A stretch of DNA of 24,000 bases, taken from positions 153,855-177,854 of the forward strand of contig CAZBEC010000001.1 in the NCBI GenBank assembly GCA_964490815.1. Direction: 5' to 3'. A model generated the notes under the pieces. That model made no database searches. It had not been told where the DNA came from and saw only the letters and a list, made by a program, of their open reading frames with translations. Source of the DNA: an uncultured Thalassospiraceae bacterium (lineage in GTDB: Bacteria > Pseudomonadota > Alphaproteobacteria > Rhodospirillales > JABHCV01). Positions 1 to 7,515 of this stretch are shown here, piece after piece; within the stretch, counting starts at the first letter, position 1; every line of letters starts with the position of its first letter. A program made the translations under genes and the position numbers.

Positions 1-1
1 A

Positions 2-193
2 AAACTTGTCATAAAGCTTGAGAAAAAGAAGACCGAGCTTGAAGCCCGCTTGTCCGATCCTAGTGTTTACGAAGGGCCGACTACTGAGTTAATGAACCTT
101 CAGGTCAAACTGGGTGAGGTTAAATCTTCGCTGGCCGAAGCCGAAGACAACTGGTTGGCCAAGGAAGCCGAGATTGAGGAGTTGGAAGGGTAA
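2..193 (+). CDS. ABC-F family ATP-binding protein, C-terminal fragment (5' end lies upstream of the window)
   Basis: The frame is open from the window edge to TAA at 191-193. The translation KLVIKLEKKKTELEARLSDPSVYEGPTTELMNLQVKLGEVKSSLAEAEDNWLAKEAEIEELEG is the charged coiled-coil tail typical of ABC-F (Uup/YheS-like) proteins. It is absent from the ORF track because there is no in-window start. Confidence 0.6.
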   Translation, partial: KLVIKLEKKKTELEARLSDPSVYEGPTTELMNLQVKLGEVKSSLAEAEDNWLAKEAEIEELEG

Positions 194-238
194 GTTTCCG
201 AATTTTCGGGCGCCACCCCCGCTCCCCACCTTTTGGCC

Positions 239-697
239 TTACGCTGCTGCTCCGATATCTCCCGGCTTGCGAAGCATTTTGTCCACTTGGCCAGCATGGG
301 TTTCTTCTTCGGCAATCAGATTTCTGGCGTATTCCTCAAGCATGACTGACTTCCCTTCGACAAGCGACAAAAGCTCATAATACAACCCTATTGCTTCCCT
401 TTCATGATCCAGGGATTCTTGCAGTATATCGCCGATATCGTGACGTTCGGTTTCCAGCAATTCCCCTATTTTTAACGAGGGATGGGCGCCCAGAGTCGTA
501 ATCATTTCCCCGGCAGCGTGGGCATGACGCAGTCCTTCATCAGCTTGTTCGCGTAGCCACCCCACAATAGGAATACGGCCATACCCGTAAACCATCAGGG
601 AATAGTGCGTATAGCGTACGACCCCCGCCAGCTCCGCCTCTAGAATTTTGTTCAGGACGAAGAGAACCGCTTCTTTGTCATAATTTTTTTGAGACAC
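239..697 (-). CDS. Ferritin-like / bacterioferritin-family di-iron protein (atypical)
   Basis: 152 aa. It aligns by eye to E. coli Bfr: LNKILEAELAG vs LNKLLGNELVA (E18 equivalent), Y25 equivalent, LGAHP vs LEGLP, and C-terminal EEETH vs DEEGH (E127/H130 equivalents). GTG start at 697 is preceded by AGGAG at a 6-nt spacing. Confidence 0.85.
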   Translation of the reverse strand: MSQKNYDKEAVLFVLNKILEAELAGVVRYTHYSLMVYGYGRIPIVGWLREQADEGLRHAHAAGEMITTLGAHPSLKIGELLETERHDIGDILQESLDHEREAIGLYYELLSLVEGKSVMLEEYARNLIAEEETHAGQVDKMLRKPGDIGAAA

Positions 698-709
698 GAA
701 TAACTCCTA

Positions 710-1981
710 TTATTTTTTGGGTGATTGGTGGGAAATAGAACCTGGTTTTGTCGCTTCGCGAAGCCCCGTCACAAACGTAGACAGGCTACTTGTGGCAAGG
801 GGAACGAAGGGTTTGTTAAAACGTTTGCAGTGGCGTTTAATGTTGGTGCTAGCGCCATGGCTGATACAGTCGACGGGGAAGAATATGACATCCGCCTTGG
901 CGAGCACGGCTTCCAACTTGCCCTGACTTTCATCTATTCCACCATCGTGATGAAGAAATTCCCCTTCCGATTTCTCCACCAAAGCGCGAAAATGAGGCGT
1001 TTGACGCGAGCGTCCACCAACAAATGCAATGCACTTGCGGCACAAATTTATTTCTTCTTCCCCTCCGGCCACTGGGCAGTCGGAGTTTTCGCAGTGGGTC
1101 GGAGCCAGGAACATCCCGAGTTGTTCCTCAAGAGCCGAACATTGCATCCGCAATTCCCCACACTGCCCTTGCAGGTCGTCGTTAAAGGTTCTCAGGAATT
1201 GAGCTTCCCTATTTCGGATGTTTAAATCGCCTTTCAACCGGTCCATCTGCTGTTCAGCATCCATTATCCGACTGTTTTGTTCCTTCACCGTGCGCTGCAG
1301 GTCATCGGGACTTTTGTCAATTTCCAAATTCCGCAGCCGGGTTTTCATCTTGGTCAAGGCCATGTCGGCATCTGCAAGCCGCATTTTAAGTTCTGCGTTG
1401 GCCATTCTCCTTTCTTCAAGCAAGCTATTGAAACGCTTTCTTTCCTTCAGAATCACTGCTTCAAGTTCGGTTTTTTGTTTCTCCAGGTCGGACAGACGGC
1501 GGATATCGGCTTGGTTGGATGCGCCGACCATGTGAGACAGCATGTGGATATCGGCAAACACGTGATTACCCACTTTTTTGTCAGCGCAGGGATGAGTAAT
1601 CGCCGCCCAGAGAGGTCCCGGTATCTTTCCTTCAGTTCGGGCTTTATCCCAAAGTGTAAGCAGGGCCTCGGGACTGTCGGCGCGGTGGAATTGATTTACG
1701 GCGGCGCGATATCGACGATCCAGTAACTTGTTAATTAGTTTTGCAGCGGGATCGTGTTTCCGAATGGCTCCTGCAAAATGCACATGGCGATTGTAATCGT
1801 GAGCTTCATCAGCAAACCGAATTCCCAATTTTCTAGCTAAGGTTTTCAAATCGGATACGGTTAGACATGTTCCGATAATTGGGCAGTGCCAATGGGATTC
1901 TAATTCCCATACCTTGCGTCGTTTACTTTTTTGAACACCCTTTTGAATTGTCGGTGTGCCGCCTGAACAACATTCTTCCAT
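710..1981 (-). CDS. DUF2325 domain protein with a Cys/His-rich N-terminus and a long central coiled coil
   Basis: 423 aa. The C-terminal block CIAFVGGRSRQ...FLHHDGG...ADVIFFPVDCISHGASTNIKRHCKRFNKPFVPL matches my memory of the DUF2325 (PF10087) signature. The N-terminus has a KVWELESHWHCPIIGTCL motif. Roughly 150 residues in the middle are heptad-like and E/K/R/L-rich. The stop lies 12 nt upstream of the ferritin-like gene start. Confidence 0.75.
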   Translation of the reverse strand: MEECCSGGTPTIQKGVQKSKRRKVWELESHWHCPIIGTCLTVSDLKTLARKLGIRFADEAHDYNRHVHFAGAIRKHDPAAKLINKLLDRRYRAAVNQFHRADSPEALLTLWDKARTEGKIPGPLWAAITHPCADKKVGNHVFADIHMLSHMVGASNQADIRRLSDLEKQKTELEAVILKERKRFNSLLEERRMANAELKMRLADADMALTKMKTRLRNLEIDKSPDDLQRTVKEQNSRIMDAEQQMDRLKGDLNIRNREAQFLRTFNDDLQGQCGELRMQCSALEEQLGMFLAPTHCENSDCPVAGGEEEINLCRKCIAFVGGRSRQTPHFRALVEKSEGEFLHHDGGIDESQGKLEAVLAKADVIFFPVDCISHGASTNIKRHCKRFNKPFVPLATSSLSTFVTGLREATKPGSISHQSPKK

Positions 1982-2034
1982 TTACGTCTCTCTACCTTAC
2001 AAAAAATGCATCCACCGTCAGCTTCTTGACGTCA

Positions 2035-2274
2035 TTAACTATTCTCGACAGAAGCCTCATCCAGGCCCTGCATTTCAGATACCAAATCCGCTGCCATTAG
2101 TGCGTGAACGGGACTGTATCCCCCCAATAATTCATTGGGCGATACATCAAAGCGCTCAAGAGCGGTCCGAATACCAACACCCTCAATCACCGCTAATTCA
2201 ATTCCAGTCCCGCCTTCAAGAATTCTGAGCCTTGGGTTTCGACGTTCCAACCAAGCATCAAGTACGTATTTCAA
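2035..2274 (-). CDS. Hypothetical small protein (79 aa)
   Basis: TTG start at 2274 is preceded by a strong AGGAG at a 6-nt spacing. It sits between two co-oriented genes with gaps of 41 and 53 nt. No family recognised. Confidence 0.6.
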   Translation of the reverse strand: MKYVLDAWLERRNPRLRILEGGTGIELAVIEGVGIRTALERFDVSPNELLGGYSPVHALMAADLVSEMQGLDEASVENS

Positions 2275-2315
2275 GTCACACTCCTATGGCCTAATTTTCG
2301 GATTCAGGAATTCAC

Positions 2316-2966
2316 TCAAGTCAGACGCCGCGCCAACTGAACTAGTCGGTTCGACTCCCACTGGATGCGATCAATCTCTAATTCGATTTGACGTCGAACA
2401 CATCGGTGGTTTCTAGGACAATCGGCGCACCGATTTTCCAATAGTTTTTTTGTTTCCAAATAGTATTCACGAATATCCCAAAGTAGGCGCTCTTGGTCAC
2501 GCCGGTTGAGCAAGTCGAGGAAACAGACCTTCAAGGATATGAAGGTTCGCCCTATCCGATTTAAAGGGAGCGGTTCTACGGCGCACATAAGGAAACGAAA
2601 TCGCTCTTTCCCTCTTGATGAAAGTTCAAGAAATTCCGATTTGGCGTCCACGAACTGGTGCTCCTCTGAAACAACCAAAAAGCCCGCTGACAAAGCCTGT
2701 TCTATTCGTGTCGAAATCACATCCGTCGTGGGTTGCCATTCAGTTCCAATAAGATGTTTTACGGCTGAAACGATCATTTCCGGCTTGGCCGATGTATCAA
2801 AAACAATGCCCAAAACGGCCAACATTGTAAGATCGTCGTAGGATTGTCTTGTTATTGCTTTAAAACCGCCGCTAGGCGTGAATTCAATTTGAGGCGCTTT
2901 TTCTTCGTGAGAACTAGGCTTAAATCCAGCGGAAATGGGTATTGTGTAAGAAGGATTTGTTTCCAT
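2316..2966 (-). CDS. Hypothetical protein (216 aa), possibly a PadR-like winged-helix regulator
   Basis: ATG ORF and first gene of the minus-strand cluster. The segment LTMLAVLGIV...AVKHLIGTEWQPTTDVISTRIEQALSAGFLVV loosely resembles the PadR wHTH layout. The C-terminal part is helical and carries CADCPRNHRC. The functional call is weak. Confidence 0.6.
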   Translation of the reverse strand: METNPSYTIPISAGFKPSSHEEKAPQIEFTPSGGFKAITRQSYDDLTMLAVLGIVFDTSAKPEMIVSAVKHLIGTEWQPTTDVISTRIEQALSAGFLVVSEEHQFVDAKSEFLELSSRGKERFRFLMCAVEPLPLNRIGRTFISLKVCFLDLLNRRDQERLLWDIREYYLETKKLLENRCADCPRNHRCVRRQIELEIDRIQWESNRLVQLARRLT

Positions 2967-2992
2967 TTTGAATTCGACCTTACCTAGTTATT

Positions 2993-3011
2993 GCAATTAA
3001 TAATCATTCGC
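2993..3011. promoter_or_regulatory. Fur-box-like AT-rich element upstream of the 216-aa gene
   Basis: GCAATTAATAATCATTCGC matches 13 of 19 positions of the E. coli Fur consensus GATAATGATAATCATTATC, including a contiguous 9-nt core ATAATCATT. It lies 27-45 nt upstream of the ATG at 2966. Confidence 0.3.
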
Positions 3012-3151
3012 ATTTATAAGCAAGTTCCAAATAAGTGTCAAAGAAAAAATGATTGCAGCTCGTTCAGCTATCTTTCAGGTGATTATTGATCGGGAAGAAC
3101 AGGAGGAGGCTCGCCAAGGATATAAATCCAGATCGACGTCGCTTGAGCGGG

Positions 3152-6100
3152 CTATTTTTCGGCGCGACGAGGCAAAACGTCGCTTAGGTATTTTGTTGTT
3201 TCCTTGACAGACAGTGGCTCACTAAAATGAAAACCCTGGATCAAGTGGCATCCACTTGCCTGCAGCAATTCAAGTTGCTCCAGTGTTTCCACTCCTTCCG
3301 CGACGACGGCAAGCTCCAAACTGCGGCTCATGGCGATGATCGCCATGACCAGCGACAGATCGGCAGTGTTCGATGCGATTTCCTTGATAAATGTTTGGTC
3401 AATCTTAATGGCGTTGACCTTGAATCGCTTCAGGTAGGCCAATGATGAATATCCGGTGCCGAAATCATCAAGGGCAAGCCTAACGCCCATGGCTGAAAGC
3501 TCGTTCAGTCTTTGAATTATTTTTTCTGAATCCTCTATTAGAACGGTCTCGACGATTTCAATCGCCAAAGCCTCCGCCGGCAAGCCGCTATTTCCAAGAG
3601 CATTTTTTACGACATCGATAAAATTTGGATTCCTGAAATTGGATCGGGTGACATTGACGCTGAGCATCAAGGATGGAGAGCTTGTATCTCGCCAGCGGGC
3701 GACATGGAGGCAAGCTTCCTCGAGGACCCATTTTTCAATAGGCAAGATAAATCCGGCTTCTTCAGCAACAGCAATCAGTTGACTTGTATCGACATTTTTC
3801 AAAACAGCGTCGTCCCACCGTATCAAGGCTTCTACGGCTGTAACGCTGTCATTTCGTAAATCAACGACGGGCTGGAAATAAAGTTTGAAATCTTCCCGGT
3901 CCAGGGCGTGACGAAGCCTCTCGGCAACCCGGCTATGCTGTTCAGCCTGGTCATTCAATCCCGGAGTAAAGAAGCGGAATGTATTACGCCCAGAACGTTT
4001 GGATTTATACATAGCCGCATCAGCATGTTGTAAAAGGGTTTCGGCATCCTCTCCGTCATCGGGATAAATTGATATGCCCAGGCTGCTCGTGACGAAGGTT
4101 TCAATTCCATTCAGATCAAATGGCGGAGTAAAAGAGTCGATAATTTTAGTCGCCACGATTTCCGGCCCGTTCGGCAGATCAATATCGTTCAACAGAATAA
4201 TGAATTCGTCGCCGCCAAGACGAGCAACCGTGTCTTCGTGGCGAACCAGGTCGATCAACCTCTCGCCAATCAGTTTCAACAAATGGTCGCCGGCGGCATG
4301 TCCCCGGGTATCATTGACCTGTTTGAAGTGATCAAGATCGACAAAGATAAGTCCTACATTTCGCTGCTCGCGTCTGGCATGTTCAATTGATTGAGCGAGG
4401 CGGTCAAAAAGCAACGCCCGGTTCGGCAAACCGGTAACCTGATCTATGGTCGCTTGCAGGAGCAATTGCTCCTCGGCAACTTTGCGGGCTGTTACGTCCT
4501 CATGAGTGGTGATGATCTCGGACCAATCGTCTTCGTGATCGCTGACGATCCTGGATGTGCACCTGATCTGGATCGTGGTGCCGTCCAACTGGGTGTCCGT
4601 GTACTCGTCACTATAAGTATGTTTCCCGGCGGCAAATGCGGCAAATTCACCGATATAAAAATTTTTCCAATCTGCGTCTTTCCAGGCTTCGTAATCGTCG
4701 TCAAATTCTTTGAGTTCCTCAAAAGATGATGTGCCAAACATTTTGATCAATGTGTCATTGGCGTCCATGAGCTGGATTTCCATTACGATCTCCAACAACT
4801 CTTCGTCATGCTCATGGAAATATTTTTTTAGATCCGTAACACCCTTTTTGATCAATTGATCGATGCGCGGCTTGACCTGGGAATAATCCTCTAGCGTCAC
4901 TCCCGCAGGCGATTGATGGTAAAGCGCCCTGAATCTCTGCTCGCTTTCCCGAAGGCTCTTTTCTCCCTGTTTTCTTTGGGTGATATCCCGCCCAGTGCCG
5001 TAATATCCATTAAAACAACCATCTTCATCGAAGGCTGGATTGCCGCTGATAGATATCGTCAAGGTTCGGCCATCAACAATCTGGATATCGTATTCAAAAT
5101 TACGAAATTCACGATGTGATTTCAGGTCCTCCAAATGCCGACGCCAGTTTTCATCATCACTACTTCCAGCGCTGAGTTCATTTCTTGGCTTACCAATAAA
5201 ATATTCAGGCCCCAGTCCGGTTATTTCCTTGTTGCGCGGAGAAACATAAGTGAAACGTAAGTCGGCATCCATCTCCCACAGCCAATCTGAAGACACCTCT
5301 GCAAATTCCCTGAAACGGGCTTCGCTTTCCTGCAGTGCGAATTCAGCCTCTTTTCGTTCCGAAATTCCCGTGGCTGCGCCCCGATGCCCGAGATAATTTC
5401 CTTCGTCATCAAAGATGGCTTTGCCTGTAATCAACGTATAATGAATTTTCCCGGCTGGGCTTCTGTATTTATATTCGAAATCCCTAAAATCCTTATGCTC
5501 GTCCAGTGCTGTTTGATAGGGCAGCCATTCATCCGGCTTCATCATTTCGCCGGCGATTTCCTGGCGGGTCATGCCCTTAATTTCTTCAAATGTCAGGCCT
5601 GCCGTTTCACCGGAACTTTCTGATTCCCAAACAATTCTTCCTTTTGGATCAGTTTCCCAAAGCCAGTCCGACGCCGAAGCGGCAAAATCCTTGAAACGTG
5701 CTTCACTTTTCCTGACCGCTTTTTCGGCTTGCTTGCGCTCGGTTACATCGCTTCCCGTACCCAGGTATCCCTGGAATTCGCCCATATCATCGAAGATAGG
5801 GTTTCCCCCGATCGATATGGTTATGGTGCGGCCGCTGGCGATTTTCAGATCGTATTCGAAATTGCGAAACGGCCGATGCGCATCAAGGTCAGCCAGATGC
5901 TTTTGCCAATATTTGTTATCGCTTTTGTTAACGGCAATTTCACGTCGGGTTTTGCCAATATAAATTTCGGGATTAAATCCCGTTATCTCTTTGTTGCGGG
6001 GAGAAAAATAGGAAAAGCGCAAATCGCTATCCATCTCCCAGAGCCAGTCTGTGGCTATACTGGTGAATTCCCTAAACTTATCCTCGCTTTTTCGCAGGGC

Positions 6101-6847
6101 CTCTTCAGTTTTTTTACGATCGGTAATGTCGGAATATAGAGTGACGAACCCGCCATCCGGTAGGGGGTGACGTCGAATTTCCGTGACGTTTCCATCCGGC
6201 GAAGTCCGTTCAAACTTTGGCGGATTACATCTTCGAGCCCGTTCAAGATAGTCCCGGACAAGCGTCTCTGTATCGCCGGGACCGTATTCCCCGCGTTCGG
6301 CATTGAAACGAACGAAAGCTTCCAGCGGATCACCGGGGCTAAAAAGGTCGGATGGAAATCTCTGAACTTCAAGGAAACGCTTGTTGTAGGCCAACAGATT
6401 GAGGTCTTTGTCGACCAGGCTAATACCATCCGCCATATTCTCGAAAGTGGTTTCCAGCAATTCCGTTTTTGCCGCTAGTTCGTTTGCCGTATTGCTGATT
6501 GATATATCTTCGACGCTGGACCAGATCATATCCTGGTCATTTTCGCGAATTAGAACACCTGACAATCTTACCGGAATACGGTGTCCATCCTTATGAATGT
6601 ACTCTTTTTCGTAAGGACCATAACGTCCTGTCGTCTCTAGTGACTTCAGTTGTTCGAGTTCCTGTTCTTCATATTCTTTCGGCGTAACCTGCCAGTAGGT
6701 CAGCTCAACGGCCTCTTTAATAGTGTGTCCGATGATCGATGCGTAGGCTGGATTGACATACGTAAGACGACCGTCCATGTCACAAATGGCGAGGCCGATC
6801 GGCAGGACTTCCATTAAAGTTCGATCTATATGGTCTTGATCTTTCAA
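3152..6847 (-). CDS. Multi-PAS/PAC sensor protein with GGDEF diguanylate cyclase and EAL phosphodiesterase domains
   Basis: 1231 aa. It has five or more PAS/PAC modules. The GGDEF motif (RLGGDEF, nt 4202-4216) has an RxxD I-site (RHED) five residues upstream. EAL-domain motifs seen: EALIR (nt 3824-3832), DDFGTGYSSL, KIDQTF, AEGVET, QGFHFSEP. The start at 6847 is TTG with no obvious SD, so the 5' end is uncertain; the alternative is Met12. Confidence 0.93.
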   Translation of the reverse strand: MKDQDHIDRTLMEVLPIGLAICDMDGRLTYVNPAYASIIGHTIKEAVELTYWQVTPKEYEEQELEQLKSLETTGRYGPYEKEYIHKDGHRIPVRLSGVLIRENDQDMIWSSVEDISISNTANELAAKTELLETTFENMADGISLVDKDLNLLAYNKRFLEVQRFPSDLFSPGDPLEAFVRFNAERGEYGPGDTETLVRDYLERARRCNPPKFERTSPDGNVTEIRRHPLPDGGFVTLYSDITDRKKTEEALRKSEDKFREFTSIATDWLWEMDSDLRFSYFSPRNKEITGFNPEIYIGKTRREIAVNKSDNKYWQKHLADLDAHRPFRNFEYDLKIASGRTITISIGGNPIFDDMGEFQGYLGTGSDVTERKQAEKAVRKSEARFKDFAASASDWLWETDPKGRIVWESESSGETAGLTFEEIKGMTRQEIAGEMMKPDEWLPYQTALDEHKDFRDFEYKYRSPAGKIHYTLITGKAIFDDEGNYLGHRGAATGISERKEAEFALQESEARFREFAEVSSDWLWEMDADLRFTYVSPRNKEITGLGPEYFIGKPRNELSAGSSDDENWRRHLEDLKSHREFRNFEYDIQIVDGRTLTISISGNPAFDEDGCFNGYYGTGRDITQRKQGEKSLRESEQRFRALYHQSPAGVTLEDYSQVKPRIDQLIKKGVTDLKKYFHEHDEELLEIVMEIQLMDANDTLIKMFGTSSFEELKEFDDDYEAWKDADWKNFYIGEFAAFAAGKHTYSDEYTDTQLDGTTIQIRCTSRIVSDHEDDWSEIITTHEDVTARKVAEEQLLLQATIDQVTGLPNRALLFDRLAQSIEHARREQRNVGLIFVDLDHFKQVNDTRGHAAGDHLLKLIGERLIDLVRHEDTVARLGGDEFIILLNDIDLPNGPEIVATKIIDSFTPPFDLNGIETFVTSSLGISIYPDDGEDAETLLQHADAAMYKSKRSGRNTFRFFTPGLNDQAEQHSRVAERLRHALDREDFKLYFQPVVDLRNDSVTAVEALIRWDDAVLKNVDTSQLIAVAEEAGFILPIEKWVLEEACLHVARWRDTSSPSLMLSVNVTRSNFRNPNFIDVVKNALGNSGLPAEALAIEIVETVLIEDSEKIIQRLNELSAMGVRLALDDFGTGYSSLAYLKRFKVNAIKIDQTFIKEIASNTADLSLVMAIIAMSRSLELAVVAEGVETLEQLELLQASGCHLIQGFHFSEPLSVKETTKYLSDVLPRRAEK
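4934..6076 (-). repeat. Intragenic tandem triplication of a 127-codon (381-nt) PAS-PAC module
   Basis: The Asp codons of the SDWLWE(M/T)D motif sit at 6047-6049, 5666-5668 and 5285-5287, exactly 381 nt apart. The units are 5696-6076, 5315-5695 and 4934-5314. Each starts with F(R/K)(E/D)F and ends with a conserved linker (T/S)ERK/QRKxxEKxxRxSExR. Confidence 0.9.
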
Positions 6848-6928
6848 AACAACAGCACCCGGCAGGAAACAGAAGAACGAAGAAAGGCTTCTGATAGTAT
6901 CCCAATAACCATGCTAAATTAAGTGCTA

Positions 6929-6976
6929 CAAAATTGGAAAGAATTTGGCATATGCCTAAAGCTATTTCCAATTTTG
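6929..6976. repeat. Perfect 12-bp inverted repeat enclosing a 10-bp palindrome (candidate operator or hairpin)
   Basis: CAAAATTGGAAA (6929-6940) is the exact reverse complement of TTTCCAATTTTG (6965-6976). The centre holds the palindrome GGCATATGCC (6947-6956). It lies in the 155-nt gap between the HEAT-like gene stop (7003) and the GGDEF-EAL gene start (6847). Confidence 0.8.
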
Positions 6977-7002
6977 AATAGCCGGATCGGCACTCAACGC
7001 AT

Positions 7003-7512
7003 TTAGAAGGTCTTGAGTAATTTTCGCGCCCGCGCTTGCATGGATTTTGCCCCAGTTTCAAGGGCTTGTTCCAACAGGATGCGTGTTTCAGCCATTAATT
7101 TTGGATCATTACGCGAAAAATCGGCCAGGGCTTGAAGGGCGCATGTCTTAACAAAGGCCGCCTTGTGTCTTAGTTGCCCACGACAGTGGTCAATTGCGAA
7201 ATCACGTGTATCGGGGGTAAAATCCAGTTTGGGCAGGATTTTTAGCAGTTGTTCCTGCACCTCCCATTGATCAATTCCTGAAATTTCCGCTAGCAGCCTA
7301 TCTTTGAAAGGATTGAGAAGCCCGGGCTTTTTGGTTCCCACCTGCATAAGGGCATGTGCCCCATGGGCGCGAACTTTTTCATTACCGTTGACGATACAGT
7401 CCATCAACTCTTCAAGCAGAGGCGGCGTTTCAAAAATAATTGAAGCCACTTCACCGGCTTGCCCGACCTCCTTTCGATCGCCTTTGGCTAGCATATCAAG
7501 AAAAAGGCTCAT
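7003..7512 (-). CDS. Hypothetical all-helical HEAT/ARM-like repeat protein (169 aa)
   Basis: The ORF starts 3 nt after the holC stop on the same strand. The sequence is helical-repeat-like (LLEELMDCIVNGNEKVRAHGAHALMQVG..., VKTCALQALADF...). The family assignment is tentative. Confidence 0.55.
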   Translation of the reverse strand: MSLFLDMLAKGDRKEVGQAGEVASIIFETPPLLEELMDCIVNGNEKVRAHGAHALMQVGTKKPGLLNPFKDRLLAEISGIDQWEVQEQLLKILPKLDFTPDTRDFAIDHCRGQLRHKAAFVKTCALQALADFSRNDPKLMAETRILLEQALETGAKSMQARARKLLKTF

Positions 7513-7515
7513 CGA

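Noticed and set aside
194-238. Possible bidirectional terminator between the convergent ABC-F and ferritin-like genes (CCGAATTTTCGG)
   Set aside because: The stem is only 4-5 bp with a 2-4 nt loop and there is no flanking U-tract. That is too weak to call.
725-1726. Plus-strand ORFs (166, 105 and 149 aa) overlapping the DUF2325 gene
   Set aside because: They lie entirely antisense to a gene with a recognisable domain and a good SD-linked operon context. Their translations are low-complexity or Arg/Ser/Phe-rich, typical of shadow ORFs.
4934-6076. Regularly spaced repeats considered as a CRISPR-like array
   Set aside because: The period is 381 nt, the repeats are diverged, in-frame and inside a continuous ORF encoding PAS domains. 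This is a coding-domain triplication, not a CRISPR array.
6780-7061. 93-aa minus-strand ORF spanning the intergenic gap upstream of the GGDEF-EAL gene
   Set aside because: It overlaps the 3' end of the HEAT-like gene and the 5' end of the GGDEF-EAL gene. It is Cys/Arg-rich with odd composition and has no SD. The region is better explained as regulatory DNA containing the 48-nt palindrome.
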